From positions 83,020,001 to 83,084,000 of the forward strand of contig NW_024704742.1 of the NCBI RefSeq assembly GCF_018977255.1: DNA of 64,000 nucleotides. The letters are read 5' to 3'. The translations under genes and the position numbers were made by a program. Source of the stretch: Callorhinchus milii. Its lineage: Eukaryota. The notes beneath the pieces are model-generated. The model did no database searches and was not told the origin of the DNA. It saw nothing but the letters and a program-made list of their open reading frames with translations. The first letter of the stretch is position 1, and every line of letters starts with the position of its first letter. Shown here one piece after another: positions 1-14,780 of the stretch.

Positions 1-1714
1 TTAAATCAAAGTCACACCAAGCCTTGCAAGAGCGCTTAATGGTGCATTGGACACACATTGTCGCATCTGTTACTCAGCTGGGTGGATGGAAATAATCTTG
101 AACTGGAGCCTTAGACAGCACGTATGTCAAGCTTCTTCCTCAACTCAGTGCGATCTTCAGGTTATCACGGGATACCCGTAGTCAATTCCTAAAGTACGTG
201 AGGTGAGAAGTCCCTTATGCTGCGAAGGGCCATCAACTTAGATTTTGGTCAGCCGGATATCGTGCAGAAACCCATCACCAGGTCTTAGCGATGGTTTGGC
301 TCGTGGCAGCTTCACTAAGCTGTGCATACGCTGACCAAAAGGAAAGCCTATCATTGTTCGGTATAAATGTGCCAGAAGTAGTTCACATTGCAATGGTAGT
401 GGTGGTGGGGGATTGAATTATCAACAAGTCTGAAATGCTTACTGTCAAAAAAATACTGTCAATATGTGCATGGGCTCTACAAATAAACATCACTCAGCTC
501 TGTAACAGGGAAAGTACTCCTGAGCCGGGGGGGGGTAAGAACACAGGAAATGTGGAATGCATTGTCCGAGAGTTAGACAACACTCTGCTTTGTTTGGTTT
601 GACTGTTGAAAGCTTTGGAAAAGAGGAGTGCGTGCAGTTGTTGTTTTTTAACTGTTGTAGTGCCGGCGTAAAGTTCTGGTTGTACCGCAGACTGGCTTGT
701 CTGCTCTTGTTTTGTTCCCATTGCTGTCAACAACCAGCCTTTTTGTTAATCTGATATTTGCTAATCTGGCAGTTGACTGCGCTTTTGAAGGTCTTGGTGC
801 CTGGCGCTGGGTCTAAAACATTTGAGCACTTTGTCATTCCGGTGGGATTGTCCCCTTGACCAACTTTTATGAAGCGGAGCATAACCCCGTCCAGGGCCAA
901 ACTGCTACCCATGTTACTGCACTGTGTAGTTGTTTGGCTGTGCAGCCACACATCAAACATAGCACAGCACACAGCTGCGGAATTTAGGATTGCATTTGTA
1001 CACATGCTTCACTACACCAAACGCAAGTGTGGCATCGAATCAGAACAGATAGGAAGTCAGAACTTGTATCCTTCCAGGCCCTTCACTGACACAACACATA
1101 ATAATCATAATCCTTGCATTTGATATAGCGTCTTTCATGTCGGGATGATGTCTCAAAGCGCTTCACACGATTTACTGTAAAGTGCCGTGACTGTATATTT
1201 TGTAGGCAAAAGTATCTAGATTTTAACCAAACGCAGACTGGTGGTATTGGCGTAAATGTAGATTTATATAGCAACACAAATAACTGTTGGACCAAGAGAG
1301 CTGGGAGTAACTTTGTTGTCAGTGTTGAGGGGGAGAATTTCTATGTGCGTCGGAACGAGACCTTATGCTCTCTTTTTATGGCTTCGCGGGCATTTAGCAA
1401 TGAACACATGGCTTGGGCTTTACAGTACATTCAGTTGAACGCATTGAGTTGGCTGGACGACTAGATCAAATGCAAGATTTATTATTATTATTATCTTCTT
1501 GTGACTAGAAGCTGTAGAGAGTCAGCTCAGGTTTTCTACAAGATTGCAACTGCCATCAGATTGCTAAAAAAAAACAGGTTTCTGAGCACATTTCACAATG
1601 TAAATAATAATAATAATCCTTGCATTTGATATAGCATTTTTCAAGTCTTATCGACGTCTCAAAGCACTTCACAGAATAGACTGTAAAGTGAATTGACTTT
1701 ATTAGTTATTTATT

Positions 1715-1910
1715 CGGAGGTGGTGGTAGGCAGTGCCGGTCATGGCGAGGATGTGGGGGAGAAAGGATAGTTCGGGGTCAAACAATGGCATGAAACTGTG
1801 TTGTGTTACCCTGATTTGGTCCAGTGCAGTTTCATGCCATTGTTTGACCCTGAACTGTCCTTTCTCTCCCACATCCACGCCATGACCGGCACTGCCTACC
1901 ACCACCTCCG
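1715..1910. repeat. 84-bp inverted repeat (arms 1715-1798 and 1827-1910, 28-nt spacer)
   Basis: Arms are reverse complements with 4 mismatches. Confidence 0.95.
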
Positions 1911-2565
1911 CAACATTGCAGACTCCGCCACTGCCTCACCCCTCAGGCTGCCCTAACCCTGACCCACGTATTCGTCACCTCAAGGCTTGATTATGGGAAC
2001 TCCCTCCTCATCGGCCTTCCCAACTCTTCCCTTCACGAGCTGCAGATTATCCAAAACTCTGCAGCTCGTGTACTCTCACGCACCAGGCTCCATGATCCCA
2101 TCACTCCCACCCTCGCCCGACTCCACTGGCTCCCCATCCCCCAGAGGATCGAGTTCAAGATTCTCGTCCTCACCTTTAAGGCCATGCATGGCCTTGCCCC
2201 CTCCTACCTCTCTGACCTGCTGACTCCCTACCAACCTGCCTGCTCCCTCCGTTCAGTGGGCTCCAGCCTGCTCCATGTCTCCCACCCGACCCGCCCTACC
2301 ATCAGCCTCTCTGCCCCTACACTCTGGAACTCCATTCCACAGTCCCTTCTCCTCGCTTCCTCCCTTGCCTCCTTCAAGGCCGGTCTCAAGACCCTTCTCT
2401 TCGACCGTGCTTTTGGTCTCCCTCCCACCTCTCTGGCTTCCCTCACCCCTACACCACCCCTCCTCCATGCTCGGGCCCCGACACTTGACTGTTCAGCGCT
2501 TTGGGACATCCTTCCGACATGAAAGGTGCTCTATAAACGTAATTTTGTTGTTGTTGTTGATTGTT
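1827..2565 (+). mobile_element. 5'-truncated L2-clade LINE (ORF2 3' end and tail)
   Basis: Translates to L2-type C-terminal motifs (LHWLPI, KAMHGLAPSYLSDLL, LWNSIP, FKAGLKTLLF); tail ends gcgctttgggaca...tgaaaggtgctctataaa...(TTG)n. Confidence 0.88.
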
Positions 2566-5500
2566 AAATGACCCAGTTTATAGTCTCACTGTTATGCTAC
2601 AGTTACATTGGCTTAAGAACGGAGATGATGCCAACAATTGTGATTCGTTTTATCACACAATCATTTGGCGATCACTGCTAAACTCTGTGTGTTGCAAGGC
2701 AGATCATAGTGGAATATGGAGTGTTTAGCAAAATGCTGTTATTTTGGCTTTGGAACAAGCCTGGACTGATGAGAGAGATGAGAGGCTTTTCAATCTGCTA
2801 GAAGTAAACATGCTATGTGAGCTGAGTTTATGGTGTTCGACTCAGTTCCTTGCGAGTACGTGCAATAAAAGTTCCATTAATTTAGTGCCAATCTCATTCA
2901 GAGAAGCCCTAAAGCTTAACAAAACTGNAAAAAATGTGTTTAGAGCTCCCCTGATGTCCTAGTTTGTTTTTCAGTGAGTAGCTGGGTCATAGGCCAACAA
3001 TCTCCCCAAAATATTTGGTCACTCACTCCTTGGCTATCTGTGGACATTGCTGTGCGCAACTGGCTGCCATGTTTCACCCATAAAATACACAGTCAATCCA
3101 TTTTACAGTATATCCTGTGAAGCGCTTTGAGACTTCTCAATAATGTGTTAAGGCGCTATATCAAAGGCAAGGATTATTATTATATTATACAGATGTGAGA
3201 GTTCTTTAAGTAAGAATGAATGATTGAATGAAACTGACTAAATAAAATAATATTCAAAAAATTTTTAGCACAGAATTTGGAAAATTGTTAAATGCACTTT
3301 TACTTTTGAAGTTGGTTTTCAATCGTTCTTAAAAGCACATACCAAAAACTGGCTTCATGATTTATAGACTGCAGTTGAAAATTTGATAAATTATTGAATG
3401 CTCTGAAACTCTATGGTAGTAGAGTAAATGTAAACCCCAGGTGAAATTTCTATCTGTCAGTGTGAATTGTCATTCACTCCAGCCCATGTAAACCATTAAA
3501 AAAAAGGGCGTTGATTGAAAACCCCGACTGAGGAAAATGATAAGACAAGATGCAATGTCATTTGAAAAGTTCTTCTTCATTCAGCACTGTAGCTGCTCCA
3601 TCATGTAACTCCATGCATTTTCGTGTTTAACTGGCAAAGGCAATGATTGGGCTCCCATGGTTCACAGGGATGTTTGGGTATTGCTGTTGCAGGTGGAGGT
3701 CAGAGAGGCTCTGAGCATTGAGGGGTTATCCAAAGGCTCAGTAAGTGTATCCTGGACAGTGATGGCTGTTGCAGTGCACTGTGAGAAGAGGGAGGGGGGA
3801 ATTGAAAAAAACGCAAGACATCACCCATTTGGCACATACCAGCCACCGAGCCCTGGCTTCCATGCCCCCAATCAAAGGTCATTTGCAAATGATGCTGTTG
3901 ACAGGTAGCAAAAGCAGAAAGCACTCTTGACATCTGTTTCAGATTACTGAAGGAGAAATCCCTCATTAACTATCTGATTGCAGCCGTGTATCAGAGGCTG
4001 CCCCCTCATTACCAAAATGGTTAGGATGTACTTGCGTCAAACACTCGCACTACATATGTCAAGTTCAGGAACCAGTGCCAGGCGGATTGTTCTATCAGTG
4101 TGAATTGGGAGCCATTTGTCTGACATGACATCGCCCTCCTCCCCCTTTCCCATAACCCCTTTGAAAAATATGTGAGGATGAACTAAAATGTGATTAGCAG
4201 CTTTACAAATAAAGCGAGAGCGAGTCATGTTCTGTTTTAGTTGGAAGATGATCCCTTAAAAGAGGATTCTTTCATTTCCATCAGCAGTGATGGAGAAGAG
4301 TAGGATGGATTAGTCTCAGGTCAGCTCGACATTGAGCAGCTTCTAGGAGAAGGCCACCGCGTGGCAGAGATGTGCTCCCACGGATTTTGTTCTGGTGGCA
4401 TTACAGGGAGAAGTGCTCTTGGGTTACGCAGAGAGGTTGAAAGACATCAGATCCTCCTCCAAGCTGAGCTCCACACGCGGTACGTGTGCCAAAGGGTCCC
4501 GATAGTCTGAGAGACCAGCTCCTTCGTGCACACGACTGCAATACTGAATTATACACTTAGCACGGGACTGAGCCATGCCAACAGTGGGATAGAATATCCA
4601 AGAGGCAGGTGAATGGGATATTGTGAATGGCTTAGACCTGACCTCATTGCTGTAGGTCCTGATGTCACAATGTCAGCGGATCCAGTCCTGTTAGTAACAT
4701 ATATGTTTATAGCCCATGAAAGTCAGTCAAAAGTACGCTCTCTGCCATTGTGATCTCAATAAAAAAAATTACTATCATGATTCATTTATACTGAAGGGAT
4801 TAAATGTGCTGCTTTTATCGCCACATAGTGTATCTGCCGGAAATAATCCGATTCAGCTCCAGTCTATAAACGGAAAATAAAAAAAATCAGGCCGGACTTC
4901 AAATCAGAACCCTTAGCCGCCGTGAGGTACAGTGTTATTTCCTCTTTAAGGGGCAGCCATTTTTTGCAATGCGCAATGTATGGTGAGCTATAAACTGCAG
5001 TGCAGTGTCACAAAAATCATGTTGATTGGTTGATTGGTATTTCTCCAGCAGCCTTTAGATCACCCGGACAAAGTACTCTCACTGCTGTAGATCTGGAGCC
5101 TGAAATGTCCATGGCAGCCCACTTCCTCTGCCGATAAATTGTGAAGAGTTTCTTTTTATTAACTCATCTCAGGATGTGGGCGATGCTGGCAGGAGCAACA
5201 TTGTGTGTGTTATTCTGTGTGTGTGTGTGTGTTAAGTGGCAAAACTTTAGGCAAATTTTCCTTGCTCCACATGCCTTTGTTCACCCAGCACTAAGTAGGA
5301 TGTTAGGTGGATCGCTTTTCGGGGGATAATAATCCCTTAAAAGAATTGGTCATTCAATCCATAACTGTTTGTTGGACACTGCTGTACTCAATTGGCTGCT
5401 GAGTTTTGCACACAAAGTACACAGTCAGTGCACTTCACAATATATTCTGTGAAACGTTTTGAGACATCTCAATTATGTATTAAGTTAATTGCAAGAATTA

Positions 5501-8454
5501 TTATTAATTGCTCATCCCATGTTGCCTTGATTGAATGGTTTCCCAGGCCATTTCAGAAACCATTCAATCAGTTATTTACAGCAAGTACAGTGAAACACTT
5601 TGAGATGTCCTCCTGATGTTAAAGGCACTATAAGAAATGCAAGGAATAATTATTAGTTAATAATAATAAAATTAAAGGCAGTTAACGTGTGCAAGTAAAC
5701 CTCATATTTTTCACCAGGAATGTGGGGAAGTGTCATAGTGCCATTTTTTGAAGCTGATTCCTGGGGTTTTTTTTCTGTAAACATAAAAGAGCAACACCAT
5801 CATTATTATGTCATGGATTTTGAAACGTCTTTGTAAGCGTTAAAGAAAGAGACATCTTCCACTGCTGCTAATTGGGATCACATTGGAAAAGCATTATTGT
5901 TTTCTTGTCATCGCCCTGTCGCTCTCGCTAGGAATGTAAACCCACACATAGGTTGAATCATTGAGATGTTGGAGGCTTAAAATCGCTGGTAGTTAGCAAG
6001 TGCCTTTTGGATTACACCAGTAATCAGGTCTCTTTGGCCGTGCTTACGGTCAACCCCTACCCCCACCCACCCGGCTCGGAGTCAGACTGTTAAGCACTCT
6101 GAAATGCTACCCTGCGTGGAGGGTGCTACATAAGTGCAAGTTGTTGTTGTAATCAGGCATGGACACCCCTGAGCAGTCTTTCCCTTGCTGAATGATGCAA
6201 CAACGTCTTTCTTCTTGCTGGGCTATCCCATGTCAAGTGCACTACATAAATGCAAGTTGGTGATGATGATCATGCCTTTGGAGTACATAGACTCATGAGC
6301 GGTAAAGAGAAACATAGAACCTAGTCATCTATGTACTTATATAAGTGTTCTGTATTTTAATCCAACAAATGTAGCCACCATCAGGCATTGTGCTTTGGAG
6401 GAAATGGGGTGGGTCGACCACATGAATGAGTTATTTCATTATTCACCAACAAAATACACAGTCATTATACTTTACACGTGAAGCGCTTTGAGACATCCTC
6501 TCAGCATGAAAATTGAACATCAAATGTAAGGATTTTATTTGACAAACAGGAACTGATAATCGTCTTTGCTAAGAATTTCCAGCTCCCCTGACGGAATCCG
6601 TACTTTATCTTTCATCACTTCAGGAATGTATTTTTGATTTTAATACTTTCAGTAATTTAATTGCCACATTTTCACGTGTCAAAGGACCACAAGATGAGAG
6701 TATTATCTCAGCACCTTGTGAAGCACTTCAGGTTTGCTCTATAATTTACAGGATCATCTGATTTCTTTGAGTATAGTACAACCTTGTAATAGATTCATTC
6801 TCTGCTAGCTGTGCCCGTTGCAGCTTCGCTTCACTTGCCTTCACACCACAATTTGCCTTCACACCACAATTGCCATTTACGCAACATGCGAACAAATGAT
6901 TTTAACCAAAAAATTAGTGACGTGAACATTTTAGGGGAGACTGGGTGGAATGGTGTCCTTTGGGACATCCTGGACCTGGGTTTGAGCCTGGTCTGTTGGG
7001 ATGAAAGTCTCCACTTGTGCTGACTGTTATAATATTATGCAGATTACATGGAGGCCATTTTAACCCAGTTCCCCGTGGACTTGAGCTACCAGTGCAAAAA
7101 CTTATTTGCAACTGGGATTAATCGGAGTCACACTTGGGGAATCAAGCAATGCATCTGGTTTGAAAAACAAAGACATCATTGGGCACTTAGGGGCATCCTG
7201 CTAAGATTGGAGGCAAGAAAACTGGGAGTGACCATGTGTGTTTTATGTCATGTCTTTCACGTTACAGAACGTCTCAAAGTACTTTACCATTGGTGAAGTT
7301 GTGAACATTGAGCAATAATTATACAGATTATTTGCGGGGAGAGGGGTTTTGAAGGCTGGGAGAGAAATTACAAGGCAAGGTTGTTTCAGATAGGGACATG
7401 GCAGCTGAAGATTCGGCCACAAATGGTAGAGTGAAGGGGCTGGGGAGTGGGCAACAGACCAGAGTTGAGTGAGTGCAAGCTGGGATATGGAGCTGGAGAA
7501 AGTTGCATTGACAGCAAGGAGGGAGATTCACTGTTTCCGATCACATCTGAGCTGGGGGTGCCTGAGGCTGACACTGAATGCAGGAGATAGAAATGGATTC
7601 AATTGCACACCTTGACAAGCACACCATTTCATGAGATAAAAAAAACAATTCACCGCATTATGTTCTGGAAAACAAATGGCAATGGGTTTGTTGAAGTCAG
7701 TGAGATCGGTGGCTTGTTCCCGGCATCTCAGTTCCCTACTCATCTGAAAACCCCAAGTGATCGGAACTGCCCAATAACTCACATCTGCCATCTGCTATTG
7801 TATTAACATACTGGAGCTGTATTCGTGTACACGTAATGGCAGCGGTGCTTAACCCTGTCAGCAAAGTAAATTACCTTGTAATTGATGTTTTTTAGAAAAG
7901 TGTGGCTGCATTTTCCACACTGAGAGCCATAATATTTTCAGCTTCTCATCTTTGGGGAAATGATAGCAGGCTGCAGGAGGTTGGCTGGTGAGTGCTGTAA
8001 TTTACCGAGGGCTTGATTTTAGAGCTCCAGTAAACGAATAACCGCTATATCAATTTCTCATTTCTCTTTCTTGATGGCATGATTGATTTGAAATTCGAGA
8101 TATTAACAGAGTCAATGTAGCTTCTGTAACATTTCCCGCACCCCTCACCATCACCTACCTATACCCTTGAAATGGTCAGACCTGTATATCTCAGTGACCC
8201 TTGTTTTGCTGTCTCAGCATGGGATGTTAACATTTTAAAAAATCCAGGTGCTTTTCTTTCCAAATTCGAGAAAGTTTCTTATCAGTCCCCCAAATAAAAT
8301 TGGTTAATTCACTTTATAGCTGTTTGTGGAACATTGCTGTGCGCAAATTGGCTGCCCTGTTCACCCAAAAAACATATTCACTCACTTTGCATTAGATCCT
8401 TTGAAGCATTTTGTGACGTCCTCCCAAAGTGAAAGGTATTATATTTTCCAACAG

Positions 8455-8790
8455 ATATATTTGATATAGATCCCTAGCGCACTGTCAAAATGCCTCAACC
8501 CATCACAGGATATTCTGTGAAGGGTAATGACTGTGTATTTGTAGCCAAACATAAGAGCTAATTTGCAGACAGCAATATCCCTCAAAGTAGACATGAAGTG
8601 AGTGACCAATGTTATCTGGATGATTATTGACCAGACACCAGGAGAAACTCCCTTCTCTTTTCAAGTAGGGTCAGTAGCGCCATGAGATCTTTAACATCCT
8701 GAACAGGCACAGATTGGACCTCGGTTTAACATCTCATCCGAAGGACGGCATCTTCGGCCCTGTGCGTACACATTGGATATTTTGCGCTGA
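8455..8790 (-). mobile_element. Older Deu-domain-type SINE, degraded
   Basis: Reverse complement contains gatgccgtccttcggatgagatgttaaaccgagg...gttcaggatgttaaagatctcatggcgcta...ggagtttctcctggtgtctgg. Confidence 0.7.
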
Positions 8791-9265
8791 ACAAGAGTGG
8801 AGCCGAGCTGGAGAGAGAGAAAGGCAGTGGCACGGGATTACTCTCAATTTGTCTCTGAGTTGAAAAGAAAACATCTCCAGCAGCATCTGTCATTTCAGCT
8901 GTTGAGCTCTATGCTGGAATGTGACTGTGGAAAATTAAAACCAGAATAAAACAATCGAGACTCAAAGGAACTGTGGCAAGAGAGAGAGAGAGCTCTGCAT
9001 CTGATGGGTATTTTGTACAGCAAGTTTCCATTCAAAGCTTGGGTGCAGACAGTGGGATTCATTCTGTCCATACAGGAACCCAAAAGCATGAGTAAGATAT
9101 GGAATATTTAGAGTAAGGAAGCATTGGAAGTGCCCACTGACCTTTCAGATCTGGAACCCTGGGATGACTCCTACCAGTAGGATAGAAGTCACTTTGCCCT
9201 GCTGGCTGTGAGGATCCGATGTGGTATGATTTTGGAAGCAGTCTTAAATCAAATTCCTAATGATA

Positions 9266-9725
9266 CAACAACAAAATTACATTTGTATAGCACCTTTCAC
9301 ATCATTAGGACGTCCCAAGGGGCTGGACAGTCAGTTTTTCGGACTCAAGCTGGGGATCGGGATTGAGGAGGGTGAAAGGTGGGGGGAAGGAGGATGATCG
9401 AAAGCACAGTCGAAGATGGGTCATGAAGGAGCAAGGGAGGGGGCAAGGCGGAGGGACTGCGGGATGGAGTTCCAGAGGGTGGGGCAGAGTAGCTTAAGGC
9501 TCGCCCGTTAATGCTGGGGCAGGCGAGGCGGGGGACGTGGGACGTGAAGCAAGCGGGAGCCCGCTGAGCAGAGGGAGCGGGCAGAATGGTAGGAGGTTAG
9601 GAGGTCGCAAAGTTAGGGGGGAGCAAGACCATGGAGGGCTTTGAAGGTGAGGACCAGGACCTTGAACTGTATCCTGCATATGATGGGAAGCCAGTGGAGT
9701 TGGGCGAGGATGACGGTGATAGGGT
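9266..9725 (-). mobile_element. L2 LINE 3' fragment
   Basis: Minus-strand ORF with PITVILAQLHWLPI...FKVLVLTFKALHGLAP; (CAA)n tail at the left end. Confidence 0.85.
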
Positions 9726-11739
9726 CACCCCCCAAAAAGATGCCCTTTTTCAACTCGGTCCACTTGAGGAGCCAGTGAATGCAGAGAAAAAAAACACTGT
9801 ACAATGTTAAATTGTTACATTCTCAATGACGTTGTCCTTTCTAGATTTACTCATAAACTTCGTCCTTCTGTAAAAGTTCTATTAGACACCAGTTGCAATT
9901 CTATGGTTTACAAGCAGTGTAAAGGACTAATCGCGACTTAACCCACTTCAAGCATCCAGCAGCGTAACTAAATTCAAAGGACTTATTTATTGCATGTTTA
10001 GTGCAGTAGTTGCTGGAGGTCCTTGTGTGTGTGGCGGGGAAGAAATTCAATTAACGTGTATTTTTAAAAAAGGAAAATGCTCCCCTAGGGTTTTTTAGGG
10101 CTGCCAATTTTCACTCAGCCAGCTGAACATTTAAACTGTGCTTGCAACAGTTATTTAACCAGCCAAACCCTTGCATGTCCCTCTCATTTTGGAATGTTTT
10201 AAACTGAGGTATTTTCAGGACAAAATAATTTGCATGTAATTTGCCTGTAAATTATCTTTTACGCTGCGTGCAGGCCACATTTCGCCCACACATTTGACTA
10301 TACAAATTATAGTCAATTCATTTTACAGTATACTCTGTGAAGCTCTTTGAGACGTCTCAGACGTGATAAGGCGCTTTATAAATTGCAAGGATTATTATTA
10401 TTGTTAAAATCCTCATGCCTCTTTCATAAACATTTAAAAGAAAAATCAGGATTTAATTTTCTAATATCTTGGCTGTGTCATGTGGCTCAAAACTCTGTTT
10501 CCTGCCTCCTCATTTGCCCTCAACAAAAAGGATAATTTTTGCTATTAATTCATCCCATGAGAGGGTTGACAACCTTTTGGGAAGCAATTTACTCTTTGTG
10601 GTTTCCCTGTCACTTCCATTTATTCGAATGTCTAGAACCATAGCAGACAGTCAGACACCAGTCACTCTGGTGTGAACCAGACAGAATACTGGGTGGGAAT
10701 ACAGGTATCTAGTTAGTGAAATTTGCAAAATAGCCACTTACTTGCCATAGAAATTTACAGCACTGAAGATGGCCATTCAGCCGTCATGTCTTTGCAGGCT
10801 CCCTCAAGAGCAATCCTCTCAGTCCCATTTACCTGCCCTCTTCCCAAATCCATGTAGCTGACTTTTCTTAAAGTCTAGTTTACTCACGCAGGCCAATATG
10901 TTTAGTTTGGATTGTTTAGGACTGGTGCTTCCCATTTGGGGAGGGGACATTGCATTTTTGTTAACCTCCATTCCTCTTCTGAAGGTGATGATTCTATCTG
11001 GGGTATAATAATAATAATAATAGTTGCACAGGTGACCACTTAGCTTGATGTGAGACAGATGACAGGCAGACACCAGTCATTCTGTTATAACCCAGACAGA
11101 ATATAGGAATCTAGTTGGGCGAAATTTACAAAAAGCTACTTTGATTTCCAAAATCTGCCAACGTATAAAAAATGTCTGGAGAGTAAAGGAGACCCACTGA
11201 CTGGATCAAGTCATCTCATCATTTCTTCAACTACAAAACAGTGAAGAGTTTGAAATGGGAACCTTGATGAGGAAAGTAGGTTTAAAAATTAATACCTTCT
11301 TCTAAGAGCAAGTTTTCCTTTCCTGGTCCTTTTATCGATTGACTCATTAAAGAGAATTAGGATTAACTTGAAGATCCTTTTGATATTTCCTATCTGTTTT
11401 TTTAATTTGTTTTAAAAATAATGAGCAGTTCAGTAATCTGAGGGAGCTGGCGTGCTAGAGATACTGAGTGAAATAGTCGTGGGGGAAAGTTGTTATGATT
11501 GAGATACAGATGATCAACACAGGGGGTTCTGTGGCCTTTATAGAGTGACGCCAACATTATCTCTCTCAGGTCTGTTCCACATAGGCTTCCCCCAACAAAC
11601 TTTGTTGAATTAGACAAAAAAAACAAGAAAAAACAGTTCAAGCTAATTCTTAAGAAAGGTTTGATGGTGAGAAACATTCTTTCTAAGTATTACTGTATTT
11701 ATTCGAACTTGAGGTGTGGATTTCTTAATTAGATGCCAC

Positions 11740-12070
11740 CTTAGCTCATTTGGTAACACACTTGCCTCTGAGTTAGAGGATCGTGGGTTCAAGCCCACAG
11801 TCAGTACTTTGAACTCACTTGAAGGCATTTAAGAACTCATGCCACTACTTGAATAGAGAGGGGAGTTTCTCCCGGTGTCTTGGTCAACAATCCCTCAGGT
11901 TAAATTGATCATTCACTTCATGGCTATTTGTGTGACTTTGCTCTGACAAATGTATCTGTTGCATTTACCAACAAACACCCAGTCACCACACTTCACAGCA
12001 AAATCCTATGGAGCACTTTGAGATGTCCTCCTGATGTGATCACTATATCAAATGCAAGAATTATTATTAT
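11740..12070 (+). mobile_element. Older SINE with tRNA-like head, internally deleted
   Basis: Head agctcatttggtaacac...gggttcaagccc; Deu-like gggagtttctcccggtgtc; shared 3' tail ending caaatgcaagaattattattat. Confidence 0.7.
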
Positions 12071-13454
12071 CATCATCATTATTAATATATTTTTTAAAAA
12101 CTTCAAATTCATGGTGTGCCTTACAATCGATGGTGAACCTTGGAATTGCCGTATTGTTCTTTTTTTCACCGCAAACCCACGAAAATCTGTCTGAGCCTTT
12201 CCTTCAAGTAAATACGGTGGTAGGGAGTACAAGCAATGTGAGATGACTTTGGTTTAGATTTGAACGATATGTTGCTTCAGTGCTTTTGTCCGATTCCCTC
12301 AAAATCTTCCAGATTTTTTTTTTCCGTTCAAGGTTACCTTTCGTTCCAGCATTCTTTCTCTGTCTCTCATCTGTCCCAGTTCTGTTGCACCATCTCAATC
12401 TGTGTATTTCTCCCACCCCCCCACAGTGACTTTTTTTTACTGGCGCTAGTCCAGCTTGTCCCAATCTGTCTTTCTTCTTGAGAATTCCTCTTGTCCCTTG
12501 TAATCGTTTCCCACCAAAGCCGGCCACATGTGTCCTACTGCGTGCCAAGGCCAGCTCATTTCATCTCATCCCTGTCATTTGCTCCCAAACTGGTCACGTC
12601 AGCCCTCTTTAAAGCCAGATACCAGCGCTGCACGAAGGAAAACAAGTGAAGCAAAGGGGATGAGAGAAAGAATAGAAGGCAGAGACTCTTATAGAAATGC
12701 CATTGTCGGAAGTAGGCGAAGAACAAAAGGTTAAGCAGGAAATCTTGTGAGACAAGAGATCAAAGTGAATAGTAATAATTGACAGTTCACACCAAATTCT
12801 GTACCAAACCAAGTTACTTTGCCCACAAAATACAGAGTCAATCCACATTACAATATATGCTGTGAAGCGCTTTGAGACGTCTCAACGAGCTGATAAGGCA
12901 CTATATCAAAAGCAAGGATGATTATTATTATTTATCTTCATTCTTCTTGTTTCCCTTTCATTTATATTGGTGATGGGGTAGGGGGTTCAGCAACGCACAC
13001 GATAGTGCATTTGCCCACTGAGCCATTGAGGAACCATGACTGAAGAACTTAAGCACACGTTTCCAATGAAGCAAACCCTTGTCACCAGGTCCCCTGCAGC
13101 TGCTGCAGGCTGTGAGCTGGTTGCACGTCCAGCACGTCAGTTTCCGAGTGTAATGTAATTTCAGCACGTCGGCCGATCCTGTCAAATCAGTTAGAAGTTT
13201 TTTTTTAGAAAAATAGACATCTATTAAGATGTCAGCACTTTATTATTGAAATAATTGAGAGTCTCTTGACTTTTTCATTATCGGTTCATTAATGCAAATT
13301 TGCAATGAAGACATTTTGAAAATGATTTTTAAAGGAGGCTCGATCGCTCTGGGAGGCATTCGCAGAGCTATATTTGTGTTCGGCTCCGCAGGAACTGGGA
13401 ATCTGCACAGCGGCATACTGCTTGTGAGCGTTAACCCTTCCACTGCTAGCCACA

Positions 13455-13875
13455 ATATTATTATTAAATGCCTTTCAAGATTTGAATTCGAGGCATTGCT
13501 GTACCAAATTGGCTGCGTTGTTCACTGTATTTTACAGTAAATCCTGTGAAGCGCTTTGCTGTGTCTTCCCAATGTTTCACATAGCCATGAAATGTGTCCA
13601 ATTTTCTCTGGGGAATTGCTGACCAGGACCCCGAGAGAAACTCCCTTTTGTTTTCAAATACTACCACAGGATCTTTAACGTCCACCTGAACAGACAGATG
13701 GAACCTTGGTTTAAAATCTCATCGGAAAGATGGCAACTCTGCCAATGCAGCACACCCCCAGCACTGCATAAAGGATCAACATAGATTCTGAGTTCAAAGA
13801 CCTGACGTGGGGCCTGGACCACAACCTTCTATATCAGAGGGGCAAAGATACTACCAATCGAAAGCAGGCTGACAC
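13455..13875 (-). mobile_element. Older Deu-domain-type SINE
   Basis: Reverse complement matches the copies at 31535, 36345 and 47735. Confidence 0.72.
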
Positions 13876-14780
13876 CAAATGTTAATATACTGTAACATGC
13901 AACATCAAGCGCCATAGGAATTGACTGCAGGAGAGAAAGAATGAGGTTGAACACTGAAGTCACTGATTTGAGGAGGCAGCTGTTTCCAAACAAAATGTTA
14001 ATCCCTTTAACTCAGGTGCCATGTCATTAAAGGCTTTGTTGAATGAGTGAGCTGGATGGCATATTCAAATTGTTAATAAATGAATGACTAATTCAGCATG
14101 AAAGAGTATCAAAACCTAATAAGATTGCTCGGACAGCTTCGCAATTGCATAATAAGAGATAATAACAGTCTGAGTGAAATGCTTCTTCCTAATTTTTTTT
14201 ACCTTATAAATCTGCATTTCATTTTCTGAACAACGTTTAATTCTAAGGTTGTTTTCCATACAAGAGTAATTGTACCAGTCAGATCTGAGGGGCAGATTGC
14301 TGGGAAGAGCTTGGTAATGCAGCACTTAGATTTGAATGCATCTGTCCATCCACAAACAGAAATGTGACAGGCATTTTCTACACTGTCACCCCACTGCATG
14401 GCACAAAGTCCACCAATTCAACCATTCTGCCCCACTAGGAATATCTTGATGGGTGTCAGTGGTAATATGATGTGTAAATTATCAATGACATTAATTATCA
14501 CATTGTTGATAAATGACCAGTCAATAATAGAAAACTTTTGATAACTCGGGCATGTTTCTCTCCCCAACCAAGTTTTAATTCATAAATCCTACATCGAGAC
14601 TTAAACTAGCATAATAATAATAATCCTTGCATTTGACGTAACACTTTATATCAAAGTGGTGATATAAGGTCTCAAAATGCTTCACAGAATATACTGTAAA
14701 GTGAATTGACTGTACATATTGTGGGCGAAACATAAGCTAGGCTGACGCTCCAACTTAAAGCTACACCAACAACAATTGCA

